In this document: in pieces, positions 1 through 15,689 of the stretch | Layout: each line of letters starts with the position of its first letter | Numbering within the stretch: position 1 is the stretch's first letter | Assembly (NCBI RefSeq): GCF_009914755.1 | Contig: NC_060937.1 | Length of the DNA: 64,000 bases | Source: the human T2T-CHM13v2.0 reference genome, Homo sapiens | Direction: 5' to 3' (one strand) | Program-made: the position numbers and the translations under genes | Notes under the pieces: model-generated | Told to the model about the DNA's origin: nothing | What the model saw: only the letters and a program-made list of their open reading frames with translations | Database searches by the model: none

Positions 1-310
1 TGATGCAGTAAGGAGTATCTCAAAATCTCATTGGCTCCTAACGAAAACATTTCTTTATTGTTTATGCTCCATGTCCCATGCGGGTTGGCTGGGTGAACCT
101 GCAATCATCCCACATAGCAGAGCTTCCACCATCTTACTATGCATCTCAATGCAAGATGTCAAGGTTTGCCACAGAAGGAAAAAAGAGCATGAGTAATCAC
201 ACATCAGCTCTGAAATGTTTCCACCTTAAAATGATCTCATATCACACAATTATGCCTAACTTCAAGAGGAATAGAAATAATAATCCACCTAACATCTTCC
301 AGAAGGAAAA
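1..310. mobile_element. Degenerate old MaLR LTR fragment (MLT1J/K-like)
   Basis: Phrases such as 'aaaatctcattggct...aaaacatttcttt...gctccatgtcc' and 'gcttccaccatct' resemble old MLT1 LTRs. Heavily diverged, recognised by eye only. Confidence 0.4.
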
Positions 311-483
311 AAGAATCAAGAATATTGACAAGCTGCAACAACTTCTGTCTTGGCAAGAAACTACAATTACCATTATGTGTTTAATATAAATTTTTAATTG
401 GGAGCCTCTAATAAATGCTAGTATACTATGATAAATTTTAATGGCAATGCCCACGGGGAATAAGGAATGTATGGGTTATTATG

Positions 484-510
484 CGATAGATGATAGATAG
501 ATAGACAGAC
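484..510 (+). repeat. Short (GATA)n/(GACA)n microsatellite
   Basis: gatagatgatagatagatagacagac read directly. Confidence 0.8.
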
Positions 511-734
511 ACATATATCCCAACATACTAACACAATTTTATTGAAAAGAGTCAAAAATCATAGATTGCAATCTCAATTCCAGCTCTTATCTACTAAGTG
601 TCCATGGAGATATAATCTTTTAAAATCTTAGTCTTCTCCTGGCATTGAGCAAGGGATTGTAGGGAGGAGCAAAGTATCTTGAGTGTGTGGAATATGTATT
701 TGGATACTGAATGTGATACTTAATTCCTGAATAA

Positions 735-845
735 CTGTCAGTTACTTACAATAAACCCTTTGAGCCTCAGTTTCCTTAGTTGTAAAATGGAGATAATAAT
801 ATGCAATTTAACTGTTGCCGTTAATACCAAATAAGATGCTATGTG
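735..845 (+). mobile_element. MIR SINE fragment
   Basis: MIR core 'tgagcctcagtttcctt...tgtaaaatggagataataat'. Confidence 0.7.
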
Positions 846-1260
846 TATTTACCAATGTGTTCTGAATTTATGTTATTAACAATTAATAGAATTGTGCCTA
901 ATTCATATGATTATGTGAGGCCAAAATGTATTGGTAGAAATGATAATACTGAGGCAGCCCTTGGCACAAAATGGGCACTCAATCTTCAGTGATCTGATAT
1001 TCCAGATGCACCTTAACAATGCACTCCACAAGTAGTTGATTAATACCTGATTGATTCAGCAATACAAAACATGTAGAAAGGCAATGAATCCGTATCAGAG
1101 TAAAAGGTAAGAGTAAAACAAAGCAAGAGCAAAAACCAAGATTTTACCCATTTAATTTTTGGAAATGGTTAGAAAAAGCACTGATAGAACTGATGACATC
1201 CATGTTAGTATGTTCCATAATTTATTGACATAATTCATGTTTAAGAAACAATAGAAAGCA

Positions 1261-1558
1261 GACTGGGCGCAGTAGCTCACGCCTGTAATCCCAGCACTTT
1301 GGGAGGCCAAGGCAGGCAGATCACGAGGTCAGGAGATAGAGACCATCCTGGCTAACACGGTAAAGCCCCGTCTCTACTAAAAATACAAAAAAATTAGCCA
1401 GGCGTGGTGGCGGGCACCTGTAGTCCCAGCTACTCAGGAAGCTGAGGCAGGAGAATGGCATGAACCCAGGGGACGGAGCTTGCAGTGAGTGGAGATCATG
1501 CCACTGCACTCCAGCCTGGGCAACAGAGCGAGACTCTGTCTCAAAAAAAAAAAAAAAA
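1261..1558 (+). mobile_element. AluY, full length
   Basis: Dimeric Alu with Y diagnostics (gatcacgaggtcaggagat, atcctggctaacacgg, gagaatggcatgaaccc, gagcttgcagtgag), poly-A tail, and TSD aatagaaagca at ~1250-1260 and ~1557-1567. Confidence 0.97.
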
Positions 1559-4500
1559 TAGAAAGCAAAGGAAATATAGAATGATATAAAAATCACCTTG
1601 AGTCCTTCCATATTGTGGTAAGCAATTTTACATTCTTTGATGCATGATCTTTTGAGATATTTATTCTTATATGTATAATAGCTTTCAAAGAAATGTGTGA
1701 TCATATTATACATCCTATTATAAAACTTTTTTACACCTTTAAAAATTGTTGTGAAAAAAATTAAGCATCAGTAAATATTATTCTCTTTTATTATGCCAGA
1801 AGTTTTGAAGCACTTATAACATCCTCTGAAAAAGTTTAGAAATTCAGGCAAATTTTAATATCTAATTTATGGAAGTTTATCATACTCTCTTTTTTGCTTT
1901 CTTTCACAAATATGTTGGTCATTCTTTGGCTTTTCATTTACCATAGAATCTAGGGAACTCAAAAGAGCCATAAGTTTTGCCTATTGATTTTCATTGCATA
2001 TAGATATAGGAAAGAGGTTATAGTAATGATTGAAGGGTAAAGCAATTCTCCTCATAATGTCCCTAATTTCAACCTAGGAACATTACTCTTCTAAGCACAA
2101 AAGTAAGAACTTGCATCTGGAAAATAAAAGTCAAATAACTGTTGCATCACGAAAGCATGTAATACTTATCTCACGCAAGACAGGATAGTTTTCCTCCAAC
2201 TCCATTTAGCTAGTTAATTATACTTTTTTTTTTCCCAAAAAAATTAAGGTATAAGTAGTCACATATAAGAAAAGGTAATGTTTTCTATATTGGTTTTTAC
2301 TCTTTAACTTGCATACGTAGTCATTTTAAAGGGATTTTTTGTGTGTGTAGTTTTCTCTTCCTTGTTTCCCTGCCCCCTAGGACACAGTCGGTTTGACTTA
2401 GCTTCTCAGCCCAGCCACTTAAGGATCACGGAGTCCCTTAGAAGGAAATGCCACATCATTCACACTGCATGAGTGTCCCTAGTCTCCAGGACTTAGCTCC
2501 TCAAGTCGAAGCAACCTTGGCATCTCTCTAATGCCTTCAGAGAGACTTTTTACAATGTATTTTTCCCATATTTTCTAGTTATTTTCACTGGGAGGATTGA
2601 TCCATTTTTTTATTAAAAAGACAATTTATATTTATATGCAAAAATTTATTAATTCTCACAGCAACTCGGCCAATCTGATAATACTATTTCTAATTTAGTA
2701 TTACATAACTAAGGGTTTCTCTATTTAAATGGTTTTCTTTTCCAGTCTCAAGTAATTGGATGAAATCGCTGGGATTCGATCCTACTCTGTGCCAGTTCCA
2801 ATACATCCTCACATTTATATGATGTCCCAGACAGTGTGTTGGGTGCTTGATGATGCATAATTATTTGAATTAAAGTGGCATCATAATAAGTGACATTGTA
2901 ATAAATTCTAGCATCCACGCAGGATTTGTTTCTTAGATTTCTTAATAGGTAAAATAATAATAATTTATTGACAATAAATTATATTAGTGTGTTCTAATAA
3001 TATTTTAGAAATCAGTAAACTTAATCCATGGAAAAAGTGCCTGATAGCAAACAGAAACAAAAGTGCACAGACAATGAAAATAACAATGTAATATAGTTTA
3101 ATCCCAAATGATTTCTCTAAGATAAAGTCAAACGTAAATTTCTAGTTCTTCCATAATTCTGATCTCAGAAACATAATATTTAAACAAAACCAAACAGCAT
3201 TAGTGTAATGACCAAGAAAGAACTAGCCATACATCACAAAAAGACATGCTAAAGTAAGTCTCTTTCCAAGTTATTGACAATTACTCAAAAGTCATATGTT
3301 TACAAGCTTAACTTAACCACTTGTGTGATTTTCCTAGGGAGTGCCATAGACGAGACTAGAAAATGTGGAAAACTGAGTATGGTCGACAGGGGAAAAATGG
3401 AAGAAGTTTACAGTGTAGTTTAAGTTTATGATTCGAAGCACGCCTGCTTGAAATCTGGTCTACTTGCACGTTTTTTTCTACCTTACTTGTCACATCACTA
3501 GGTAGTAAATGACAGCAATTGCAGAGAAGCATTTCCTTGCATGTTTATTGATGAATACCTTAATAGAGGTAACCATAGAAGGGCAAAAGACAAAGGCTAA
3601 TTCTCCTAGTGCTTTGTGGATCTGGGATTATTTGCACAAGGTGGACACCCGTTAGCATGCACAATGGCTTCCCCAAAGAGGTAAATGAAAGTTGGAATCA
3701 AAAAGTGTCTTTCTTAACTTTCTGGAAGTTTCAGGATTATAATAGAAAAATATATACCAAATGAAAACAAAAATCAAGCATCTCAGAAATCTCAATAAAA
3801 GAAAGAAATATCAGATGAGACAGGAATAAAAAGTGAAACTGATGGAATTGTAATGAGATAAAGGAATGAAGCAGGCAACCTAAGATTTGAGTCTACAGTA
3901 TTCCCCTTGTTCATACTATTAAAGAGAAAGTAATAGTTTTGCATTTTGAAAGTGAGACTAAGTAAAATGAAATTAAAATGACAAATGATTATTTTAAGAG
4001 TAATCTTTACAGGTATAAGTGGGATTCCAAATATCTCAGTCCTCCACACACTATTATGAATTACTTAAAGGAATTTGGAGATGAATGTAATGCACTGTAA
4101 TGATTGTCAGAGTAGGCAAGGTAAGGGAATATGTTTCAGAAACATCCTTAGTTAATTGTCATAATAAGAGGTATCAAGAAAATCAGAGACAGAGTGACGA
4201 TCTCATCAAGAAGGATGCTTTAAGAGACGTTTATTCATAACAAATGTCTATGTTTAGAATTAGAAAGACTATGAGGCTGAGTTGCTTCTATGAGCTGTAG
4301 GAGTCTATTAGAAACAGGCATGGTGAATATAATGATAGCAATAAGTACAAAACACCATTATAGGAAGAAACAAGCTTTGAGACTCATCAGCCAAACCTTC
4401 TAAAAGGAATCTTGCTTTTTCCTTTAACCTTTCTAGATATGTCCCAATACTGTTTTCTTCTCAATATGTCTGACATATTAATACTTGCTGATACTCACAA

Positions 4501-7124
4501 AGCCTAAAGGAATGCATGTGAATGTGTACTGTTCGGTCTTAGTAACCCATATTATACTATCACTGAAATACAGACTTGAAGGTATGATCTTATAATGATT
4601 TCTCTAAGCCCTCAGCTACCTCTTCATCTTGCCTAGACTGGCAATTGTGCCATTTCTTTGCAAGGGTGCAAACTCCTGGTAAGACTTGAGGGGAAAAAGA
4701 AATAAGCTTACTGAGGGAAACTTCACTCATCAAGGGTGCTACATGCCTGACAGTACCAGTCTTAATAACAAATCACTTTCTTTGCTGCAATTCATTCAGA
4801 GACCCAGCTGGCATGAACCCAGGATGATGTTGGATATGGGAAGTAGATTAATCACTACTGATCTATTAGGAACACCAAGAATCATGTGACACTGGGAGAA
4901 ATGTCAAAATTATAGGTGGTGACAAATTTGAGGAAAATTTTGCTTTTAGAAGCCATGCAAAATGTTAGGGTTCTGTATAGATTGGTTTCGGTGTATAAAA
5001 AGACACTTTCATATGTACACGAGCTGCCTATTTAATAAGAAGGATAAAATGAAACATCAAGCAATTATTTAGTTTTGTGAACAACAAATCTAAAAGTTAT
5101 TAAGTATTTTAAGAGACGATGAAAATAAAATGCTCCAGTAGTAAATCGGATGTTATTAAAAGGTATGAAAAAGACAAAAAAGTACAAATCAAACACCATA
5201 AACAACATTACAAAAATTAAAAAAAGTACCACTAATCAGAATAATATTATTAGATTAACTTTCTAAGGGTAAAAAAGAAATATGACATATATTATTTAGT
5301 TTAATGTTAGTAATAGGAAACTGTTTATCAACGATGTGAAACCATTCCTCAAAGAAAATATTGTCCTGATAAATAAGCTATTTAAAAGATTAATAACAGC
5401 TAATGGTCAATTTTACTCTCAGTTGTCTATTCAAAGTTAGTGCAGATAATTGACAATCACAGGCAGTTGCTTTGTGCTGCTGTGTTTGGGGTATGTCAAA
5501 ATGGCGATTTTCTGTCATGAGTACCTCCCAATCACAAATTAGAATTAACTTAGCTCCACTGGACTTTCAGAGGCCCAGCTTTATAAATGTCATTCCCATT
5601 TAACAATAAAATGCTATTGTGCACATCAAATTTTGTGGTTTAAGGATCATACAATAGCAGTTCATAGTGGGCCGTTAAGTTGCATAATCTCTTGGTTACC
5701 TATATCAAGTTGTCAGGTGCTCAATCTTAGGAACTAATTTTGAAATGGCGAATAATTGTAAATAGAATAGAACTAGTACTGTGATTCTCCTAGTGGGGCT
5801 TTTCAGAGTCTTCTTATTTGCCAATGATATGCCTAGGCCTTAAGTGAGAGGCAGGGAAGCTTATACTGTATCTAGGAACTGTTGCAAAATTGGACTTGGT
5901 TCAGGTCCTCTAAAATATATCAGTCTAACAGATTTTGGTCAGTGGGCCGAACAGTCTACCAAAATGTGGCTTTTTCTTCATGGTAGATAGTGCAAGATAC
6001 AGAAAATTATCTCAGAATATTTTTAAGATTCCCCGATTATTGGACTGCTAAGAACCTCTCCAATTTGTGAGGCTCTTGGATTTACATGAGCCTTGTATCT
6101 TTTCTCTGTCATATTCTCATATTAAAGCCTGCTGCACTGTACTCACCAGATCCAATTAGCGCAGTATCATCAATGAACAGAGAGTATGATGTTCTATGTA
6201 CTATTAAGGTGACTGAGGGTCCTGAAATCTACATATTTCAGAGAGCAGGAGAGTAGATATTATCCTGAGTTAAGAAAAGGTGATGGCACTGCTGTCCACG
6301 TCTCAGGAGGCAAATTGACCTGGCTGTCATTGTTAAAGGCTGTTGGAAAGAAAGCACAGTACTATGTCGGTAGCTGCATGCCACATGCCAAATGTTAACA
6401 CTGTTTGATCCAATAAAGATAACACACAAACTATTACAGTTGGAATTAGTGAGACCACCCAATTATATTTTTAATTATTCCTTTTCACTCTGCATTTCCC
6501 ACCTGCCTTTTTCAACTGGCCATTCAGGCCAGTCATACAGAGACGTGCTGGGAAGACCCCTGTACCTCTTGATGGTGGCACAAAATTCTTCTGTGCTTTT
6601 ATGGATGCAATAATGCTTTCAGTTGGTTACTGTGAGGGATGATGGGTAAAAGGGGACAGTTTCAGGGACTCTGCTTGTCCTTTCCTAATATAATAGCTCA
6701 GTTCACAAATATGGTAGCCAATGTGAAGGTCCTGCATGTCACTGAGTATATCTACTCTCACTATGCCTTCTAAAACATACAATACAATAACTACAAGATG
6801 GATTTGGGGTTCAGTTGGACCCCAGTGAAATGGACTTAAGCCAAGAATCCATTTATCCCTTGACCTCTGTAAGTTCTTACTATTAGCAATGGATCTTGGT
6901 GGAAGCTCAGCAGATTAGTATAAGAACACAGACAACATAAATCACAAATTCTATGTGTTGCCTTTTTACTAACAGACACTCAGGTAAATGTCTACAGGTA
7001 CCTTTAGGAAGAGGTTTGGAGAGATATTCTCAGATACCACAGAAGCCTGTGATATAAGTTCTTCCTCCATTAAACTGGCTTCCTATCAGTTGAGGAGAGC
7101 CAGTTTTGTGAATTGACTTAAGCT

Positions 7125-7484
7125 AGTATCTTAGTTCAGGCTGCTATAACAGCACACCCAAGACTGGGTGGCTTAAACAATTGACATTCATTTCTCCTAA
7201 TCCTGGAAGCCAGGAAATCCAAAGTCAATGTGTCAGCAGATTCTGTATCTGGCGAAGGCCTACTTCCTGGTTTGCAAGTGGCTTTCTTCTCCTGTATCCT
7301 CACAGAAGAAAGAGAGAGGATTTCATGTCTCTTTCTCTTTTTTTAATGGAACTGATTCTATCATGAGGGTTCCACTTTCATGAACTAATTACCTCTCAAA
7401 GGCCCACCTCCAAATACTATCTAATTGAGAATTAGGGTTTCAACATATGAATGTTGGGGTGACATGAACATCCAGTTCATGAAT
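7125..7484 (-). mobile_element. MLT1A-type MaLR solo LTR
   Basis: 'tcttagttcagggctgctataaca...gactgggtggcttaaacaa' through 'taattacctctcaaaggcccacctccaaatac...ttagggtttcaacatatgaat' matches the reverse MLT1A layout. Confidence 0.85.
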
Positions 7485-7665
7485 CTTCACTACTTCAACT
7501 CAACTCGATTTCAACAACCTTTACCTTATCCTATTATATATGTCAAACAGTACCTAAAAGGGTTACTCATCTACATCTTTCCGAGATATTAGTGATGAAT
7601 CAGCAACAACCACAGATAACTCAAAGCATATTATGGTAATTGGGTGCACTTTATCTCATAGCTAA

Positions 7666-9872
<2,207 letters not shown>

Positions 9873-10411
9873 GAAGTTTTATACATCAAAACAAAACACA
9901 ACTAAACTAAACCAAAAACAGAAAAGCTATCCCAATAGAGAGAGAGAGAAAACTAAAAATAAAAACTTAAAGAATTGATCAAAAAGTAAATTGTTCTTAA
10001 AAAAAGTTTTCATTTTTGGATTTTGTAATGTTAGTTCTATTTGACAACTGTCCTTAAAGTTCCATATTTTGTGATGTTTTTCTATCATCATAAATCAATA
10101 TTCCTTGTATTTTTTTGCATTGGTAATATTGTGCATTTTACTTAAATAAGGACTTCGAATTTGTAGCAGCCATAGGACTCACAAAACTTTGCTCAACCCC
10201 TGAGTCTACATGGATTGCAACATCAACCAATGCACCCATGACCTTTGCAGGAGAAATATTATTACATTTCTTTAGGTCCCGGTGAAGGAAAAGGTGTTGT
10301 CCAGCCTTACCAGAGATATAGCAGGGGAACAGGAGGGATGACAGCAGGTTCTTCTAAATTAATCTACTCCAATATTCCTTTGTGCTAGCGCTTTTGTTCC
10401 TTCCTTTAGTG

Positions 10412-10628
10412 CAGGGGCCAAAAATCCTTTCTTAGAGAGTACCAGACCACAAACATTTTAGGTTTTGTGAACTGTACAGTATCTGTCAAAACGATCTAAC
10501 TGCCATTGTAGTACAAAAACATGCATAGATAAGGCATTACTGAGTTTGAGCATCTGTGTTCCAATAATACCTTATTTACAAAAACAAGCTGGCTGGCTGG
10601 GTTTGGCTCATGGTTTGGTTGATCTCTG
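10412..10628 (+). mobile_element. MER58A-type hAT-Charlie MITE
   Basis: Starts cagggg, contains 'attttaggttttgtg', 'ctgccattgtag' and 'ctgtgttccaataatacctta tttacaaaaaca', and ends ...ctctg. Length ~215 bp. Confidence 0.8.
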
Positions 10629-10739
10629 ATACAGAGTTTGCCAGAGCAGCTTTGCAATTCAACCCCACTGATTAAGATAAGTCAGACTGAATTCACTAAC
10701 TTAGTTAAACTATCAGTGCTGCTTCCAGCTGCTTACAAA

Positions 10740-11644
10740 ATCCTTGCTCCCTGTAGGGTATATCACCCTGTTTTTTTATGCTTTTTGGTCTAACACTCTC
10801 AGAATCCACTCCAATATGTTCCCTAGATTCCTGTCAATTGAATCTGCCACTTTTTTGGTGTATAGAATTCCTTTCTCCTACAGGAGTTTTTTACTCCTCC
10901 AACTGGGGTCTGTTGGAATCTGATTTTTATTGTGGGTCTGGGAGCCATGAAGGTGGTGAGCAGAAAAGACAAGTGCTCCAGGGGGAGTCACTGCAAGAGT
11001 TTCAAGAGAAGCCTGATTCTTTCACTCAGCAGAAAATCCTTACTTTACCAGATAAGGAACCTTTAGGATGACTTAAGGGTTAAAAGTTACTAGCCTTGCT
11101 TTTGTCTGCGGGGATATCTCCATCCCATATCTCAGTAACACCCACTCTTCCCTTAGATCTCCTTAGTAAAATAATTCTGGAGGGTCACATTCATTAGTGC
11201 TGCAGTTCTGTGACAACTGCAGTTGGGAACTGGGCTTGAGTTTCAGCCATATCTGCCCTGGAGCTATGGCAGATTAAGGCCATTTTTAAAGCTGTCTTGG
11301 CGGCCATCTGAGTTCCTCATGTGAGCCTTGAGTTGGGCTTACATTCCAGTCTTTTAGTTGGTTCACTTCCCTGGATATCCTTTTTAGAACCACCAGCAAC
11401 AGCAGCCTGAGCTTTGCTTATTACACTTATCATTCTAGTTATGGCTACTGAGTCACAGTCATCTGCTCTCCAAATGCCTTGCCCTCTACCTGCCTTCATG
11501 ATGCCACCATATGACACAGATCATCATATTCCATTTTCCCCGGCAAGGGAGATAATAAATGCATTCATTAAATATGTGAATGATTTAATACCAGAATTCC
11601 AATCTAAGGTTCTGCTTCCTCCAGCCAATTCTGGTGACAATTTC
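10740..11644 (-). mobile_element. Probable degraded ERVL internal sequence next to the LTR33-like LTR
   Basis: 'aaggttctgcttcctccagccaattctggtgacaattt' directly abutting the LTR resembles an ERVL LTR/internal junction. The left boundary is uncertain. Confidence 0.45.
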
Positions 11645-12152
11645 TATATCAGTCAAAGTCCTGGAAGAAATTGATGCACTCTCAGGAGGTGAATTGAAGA
11701 GATTTCATAGAATATAATGAGTAATTTATAATGGTGTTGGTTGTCCTGTGTTAGCCAACCATGAATAATAAGAACCCTAGCGTTGATAAGCATGGAGGCA
11801 TTACTGCCCCAGGTCTGAAAGGGCAAAGAAAGGGAGCATTTATTGCAACACAGAAACCGGTAGCTGTAGAAGAAGACTGACCAGCAGAAGTTGTGCCTTT
11901 TAAAAGGAACGCAGCCAAAGCCAAAACGTGCATTGTTAAGAAAGAAGGCAGAGGAATAAATACCCTTGCTGCTCTCTCTCTTCCTACCATCTGATGACTG
12001 TTGGTGCTGTCTATTGGCTGACGCCAATCAGGAAACAGAATACAAAAGAGCTGAGTTTACATGACCCATAGAGGTAGCTTTCTGGGCCACAGAACAGGGA
12101 GAAAAAGATTAGAAAGGAGAGCCAAAGAGGCAAAACTAGAATATGCAGGACA
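11645..12152 (-). mobile_element. LTR33-family ERVL LTR
   Basis: 'tatatcagtcaaagtcc...', 'ggaataaataccct...tctctcttcctaccatctgat', 'attggctga', and the end 'gaggcaaaactagaatatgcaggaca'. Confidence 0.7.
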
Positions 12153-12154
12153 GA

Positions 12155-12295
12155 GATCTTAGATTTTGATCAAGCTACTTATCTTCTACTAGTCTCAGTT
12201 TCTTTATATGCAAAATAATTTTTATTATCTACTAAATAAGCTACAATATGCAAAGTCTATGTGTCATGGCAAGTATTCACTAATTTATAGTTGCT
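12155..12295 (+). mobile_element. MIR fragment
   Basis: 'caagctacttatcttct...gtctcagtttctttatatgcaaaat'. Confidence 0.55.
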
Positions 12296-13121
12296 TATCT
12301 TATTATTTTGAGATTAAACACAACAGAAGAATAGAATGGTCCATAAGTAATGTCATTTGGTGCTTAAAATACCTTGAATGAATGTGAAAAATATTTTACA
12401 TATTATCTGAAAAACATGTATAAGAAAAACTTATTATTTGCATTGAAAGACAACTATATTTAAAGACAGATTATGGAATGGATGTTCAATAAACAGTAGT
12501 TTTTCTTTTCATTACTTGGAACTCTACAGAAAGAATATTCAAAAGAATCTCTTGTGGGGTAGAATTTCCCAAAACTAAAATTCTTGTTACACCTATACAA
12601 TAAATTGTCAAAAGACGATCATCATTACTTGCAACCAATGGAACTTAAAGATTAATTATGTAAAAGGCTACATAATTTCCTAGTCCCAGAGAACTCCCCA
12701 AAATTACTTTTATTTATTAACCATAGTAGCTAATATTCATTCCAAAGGGAAACATATTTAAATGGCTACTTGCATATGAATTAATAGTGATTAGTGAATA
12801 CCAAAGTAATTCTGCAATGACCACCAAAACAGAAGTACAAATGCTAAAGATAAGAAAACAAAGGATGTTAGAATTAACTAAAAGATTTCCTAACACAACT
12901 GCAATCATCAGGACATACTGGTCTTGTGTAATCAGCTTTCTTTTTTTCTTTCTTTTATTTTTGCTTTACATATACCATGGCCTATATATTAGCATAGTAC
13001 CTGCTAATGCCAGCAAACACTTGCTGATGCTCTTTCTCTCTGATATCATCCAGGATGTTTTTTGATGTTTCATATGTTTTAGGCATGGAGTTTCTTAGAG
13101 GTAGAGAAAATATCCTTTATG

Positions 13122-13543
<422 letters not shown>

Positions 13544-15689
13544 TTAACCCAGTGGGAAGGAAATTTCATCAATTGATTTTAGTTGCCTTAGATAATCCAC
13601 AGGGGCAAGTAAGACCTGGACTACATCTCCACTGAAATGTGGGAGAATTTACAATTGGCATACAGCTGTTTCCTGCTACTGCCTTACTCTAGAGAGAGGA
13701 TGACTTATCACTCAACTGAAGCTCCCAAAAGAAGAGCTGTAGGAGGCCTTGTTACCTCACACAGCTGGCTAAACTCATAACCTGCCCTGTCATGATTGCT
13801 ATTCTGGGGCTTGATCGATAAAGACTCGGGTGTTCTCAATTCTGTTCTTTTCTTTGCAATCGCAACACTCAACAATTTCTTGCTTGATAACTATATGCAG
13901 ACACTGCCCTCACTTCCCCAAGGAATTGCACTGTGCCTGCACATCCCTGTCACTTTCACAAAGATGCAGATAATTTCCTCTCACTGGATAGGGTGCTATG
14001 TGGAAATGACGTGAAATCCGCTCAACCTGATTTCCAACATGTGCGTTCGTTTTCTCCCTATTCAGGTCATTGTGATTCATGAGAGAGAGAGGCAGAGCGG
14101 GAACTGAAGTAGTTTCAGCCTCACCAAAGTACCTTTCCCCTAGTTCCTCTTACTGTGCTCATTATCCTTTCTTTCCTGCTTACCATACATCGTTTACCAA
14201 CCCTTTGAAAATTTAAACTACCAGGTTCATCTAGCTCTGGCACTGCTAGAACCGAGACTACAGAAGATGTCTGAGTCTTCCAAGCTATTTGGGTCAAACA
14301 AAACAAACAAAACCACACACAGCCACCGAGTTGGGTTATTTTAAGGACTTAGAGCTACAGAAGGCAATCTGTCAGCATCCGAGGCTGTTTCAAAACCACC
14401 TCCTCCCTCCGTGCTTGAGTCAAGAGCTGCAGTCTTTCTATCGCCCATAGCCATGCTGCAGCACTTCCTCAATCACCCTCTTCTCGCTGCACGCATTGAC
14501 TTTCGGTTTCTTCACAGAGTCACTGACAGCTTGCAGCTTTGGCTTATCGATAGCCCCGTGGTTCTCTCCATCCATGACCTACCAGATGGCATTTTAGTTT
14601 AGTTCCCACCACTCACTGCCTTATTTAATTGGCATTTCTTGCCCCACATTTCCAAAGCAAGCCCGGTCTGGATTCTGTTTGGTTCAGCCATCTCATGGGT
14701 CTCCAGCTGCTTCCCTGTCCTGTAGGCGGCCTGCGTGAGGCGCAGTTCCTACTTCCAAGGTATTGTGGGGCAGTGGCTATTTTTGCAGGCTATTGTGAGG
14801 CAGCAGAGGTAAAGTATGAGTTGAAACATACAAACAAAATATGGCCCCTCAGCATTGTAGAACTTTTGCAGATAATGAATTTTAGAACCAAATAGAGCAG
14901 GACATTTGTTTTCACAGTGAGTCTTATGGCTCTACTTAGAATCTTGTCACTCTGTTTTGCAGTCACCTCTCCAAGTCATTGTCTTTTATTGTACCCTTGA
15001 GAAACAATACTGTTTCCATTCCAACCACTTTACTGAGTATTTTTACTCAGTGGTCAGGTCACAAATAATCTGTTAAGTTTTAAATTCAGTTGTCTTGTAT
15101 TGCTGATTTCTCTGTCTTATTTAATGTATTATTCACTTCTTAAACTATTTCTCTTGTGGGTTTTTTGGCACTATATTATCTTCTTTCTTCTATGATTAAT
15201 TTTGTATTTCTTTCTTTTAAATCTCCTCAGCAATCACCACTTAACTATGAGCATTTCTCAAATGTTTGCACTTTTGCTCCTCAAATTTTATATTGTTCTA
15301 ATCTGAAGGCACCCATGAAGTCACTGCACTGCATGGTTACCTAAGTGCAGATTACTCCAACATTTTAAATTTCATATATTGATTTCATTCCAGCAGAACA
15401 CTTCAGACTATCTGACTCAAATTTTCAAGAGGAGATTTCTTACCAGGGAATTGAAGTACATGCTCAAGCTGCTTACATGCCCATATGTTCTGTTTCCACT
15501 TAGGATAAAATATTTTCTAGTCCAGTACTACAAAATCCTTCCTTGTATTTGACCCTTCACACAGATCTCAATACATGTATCTATTGCTATTCAAGTCATG
15601 ATATCCATTGCAATGCAGAATGGTAAGTAATTTATTCACAGTACCGATTGATATTACAAACTTTTAAGCAGGGTACGGCAAAAGCATTA

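Noticed and set aside
1330-1345. Both AluYs have A in place of the consensus C in 'gagatcgagacc' (also ~13198)
   Set aside because: It is a single position at a mutable CpG. The two Alus have different TSDs and otherwise differ independently.
1321-1713. 130-aa minus-strand ORF, and similar ORFs at 13213-13465 and 41664-41930
   Set aside because: Antisense Alu translations (e.g. [14 protein letters not shown]), a well-known artefact.
10057-10072. 'gttccatatttt' matches the U6 snRNA 3' end
   Set aside because: No upstream U6 similarity, so it is a chance match in AT-rich DNA.
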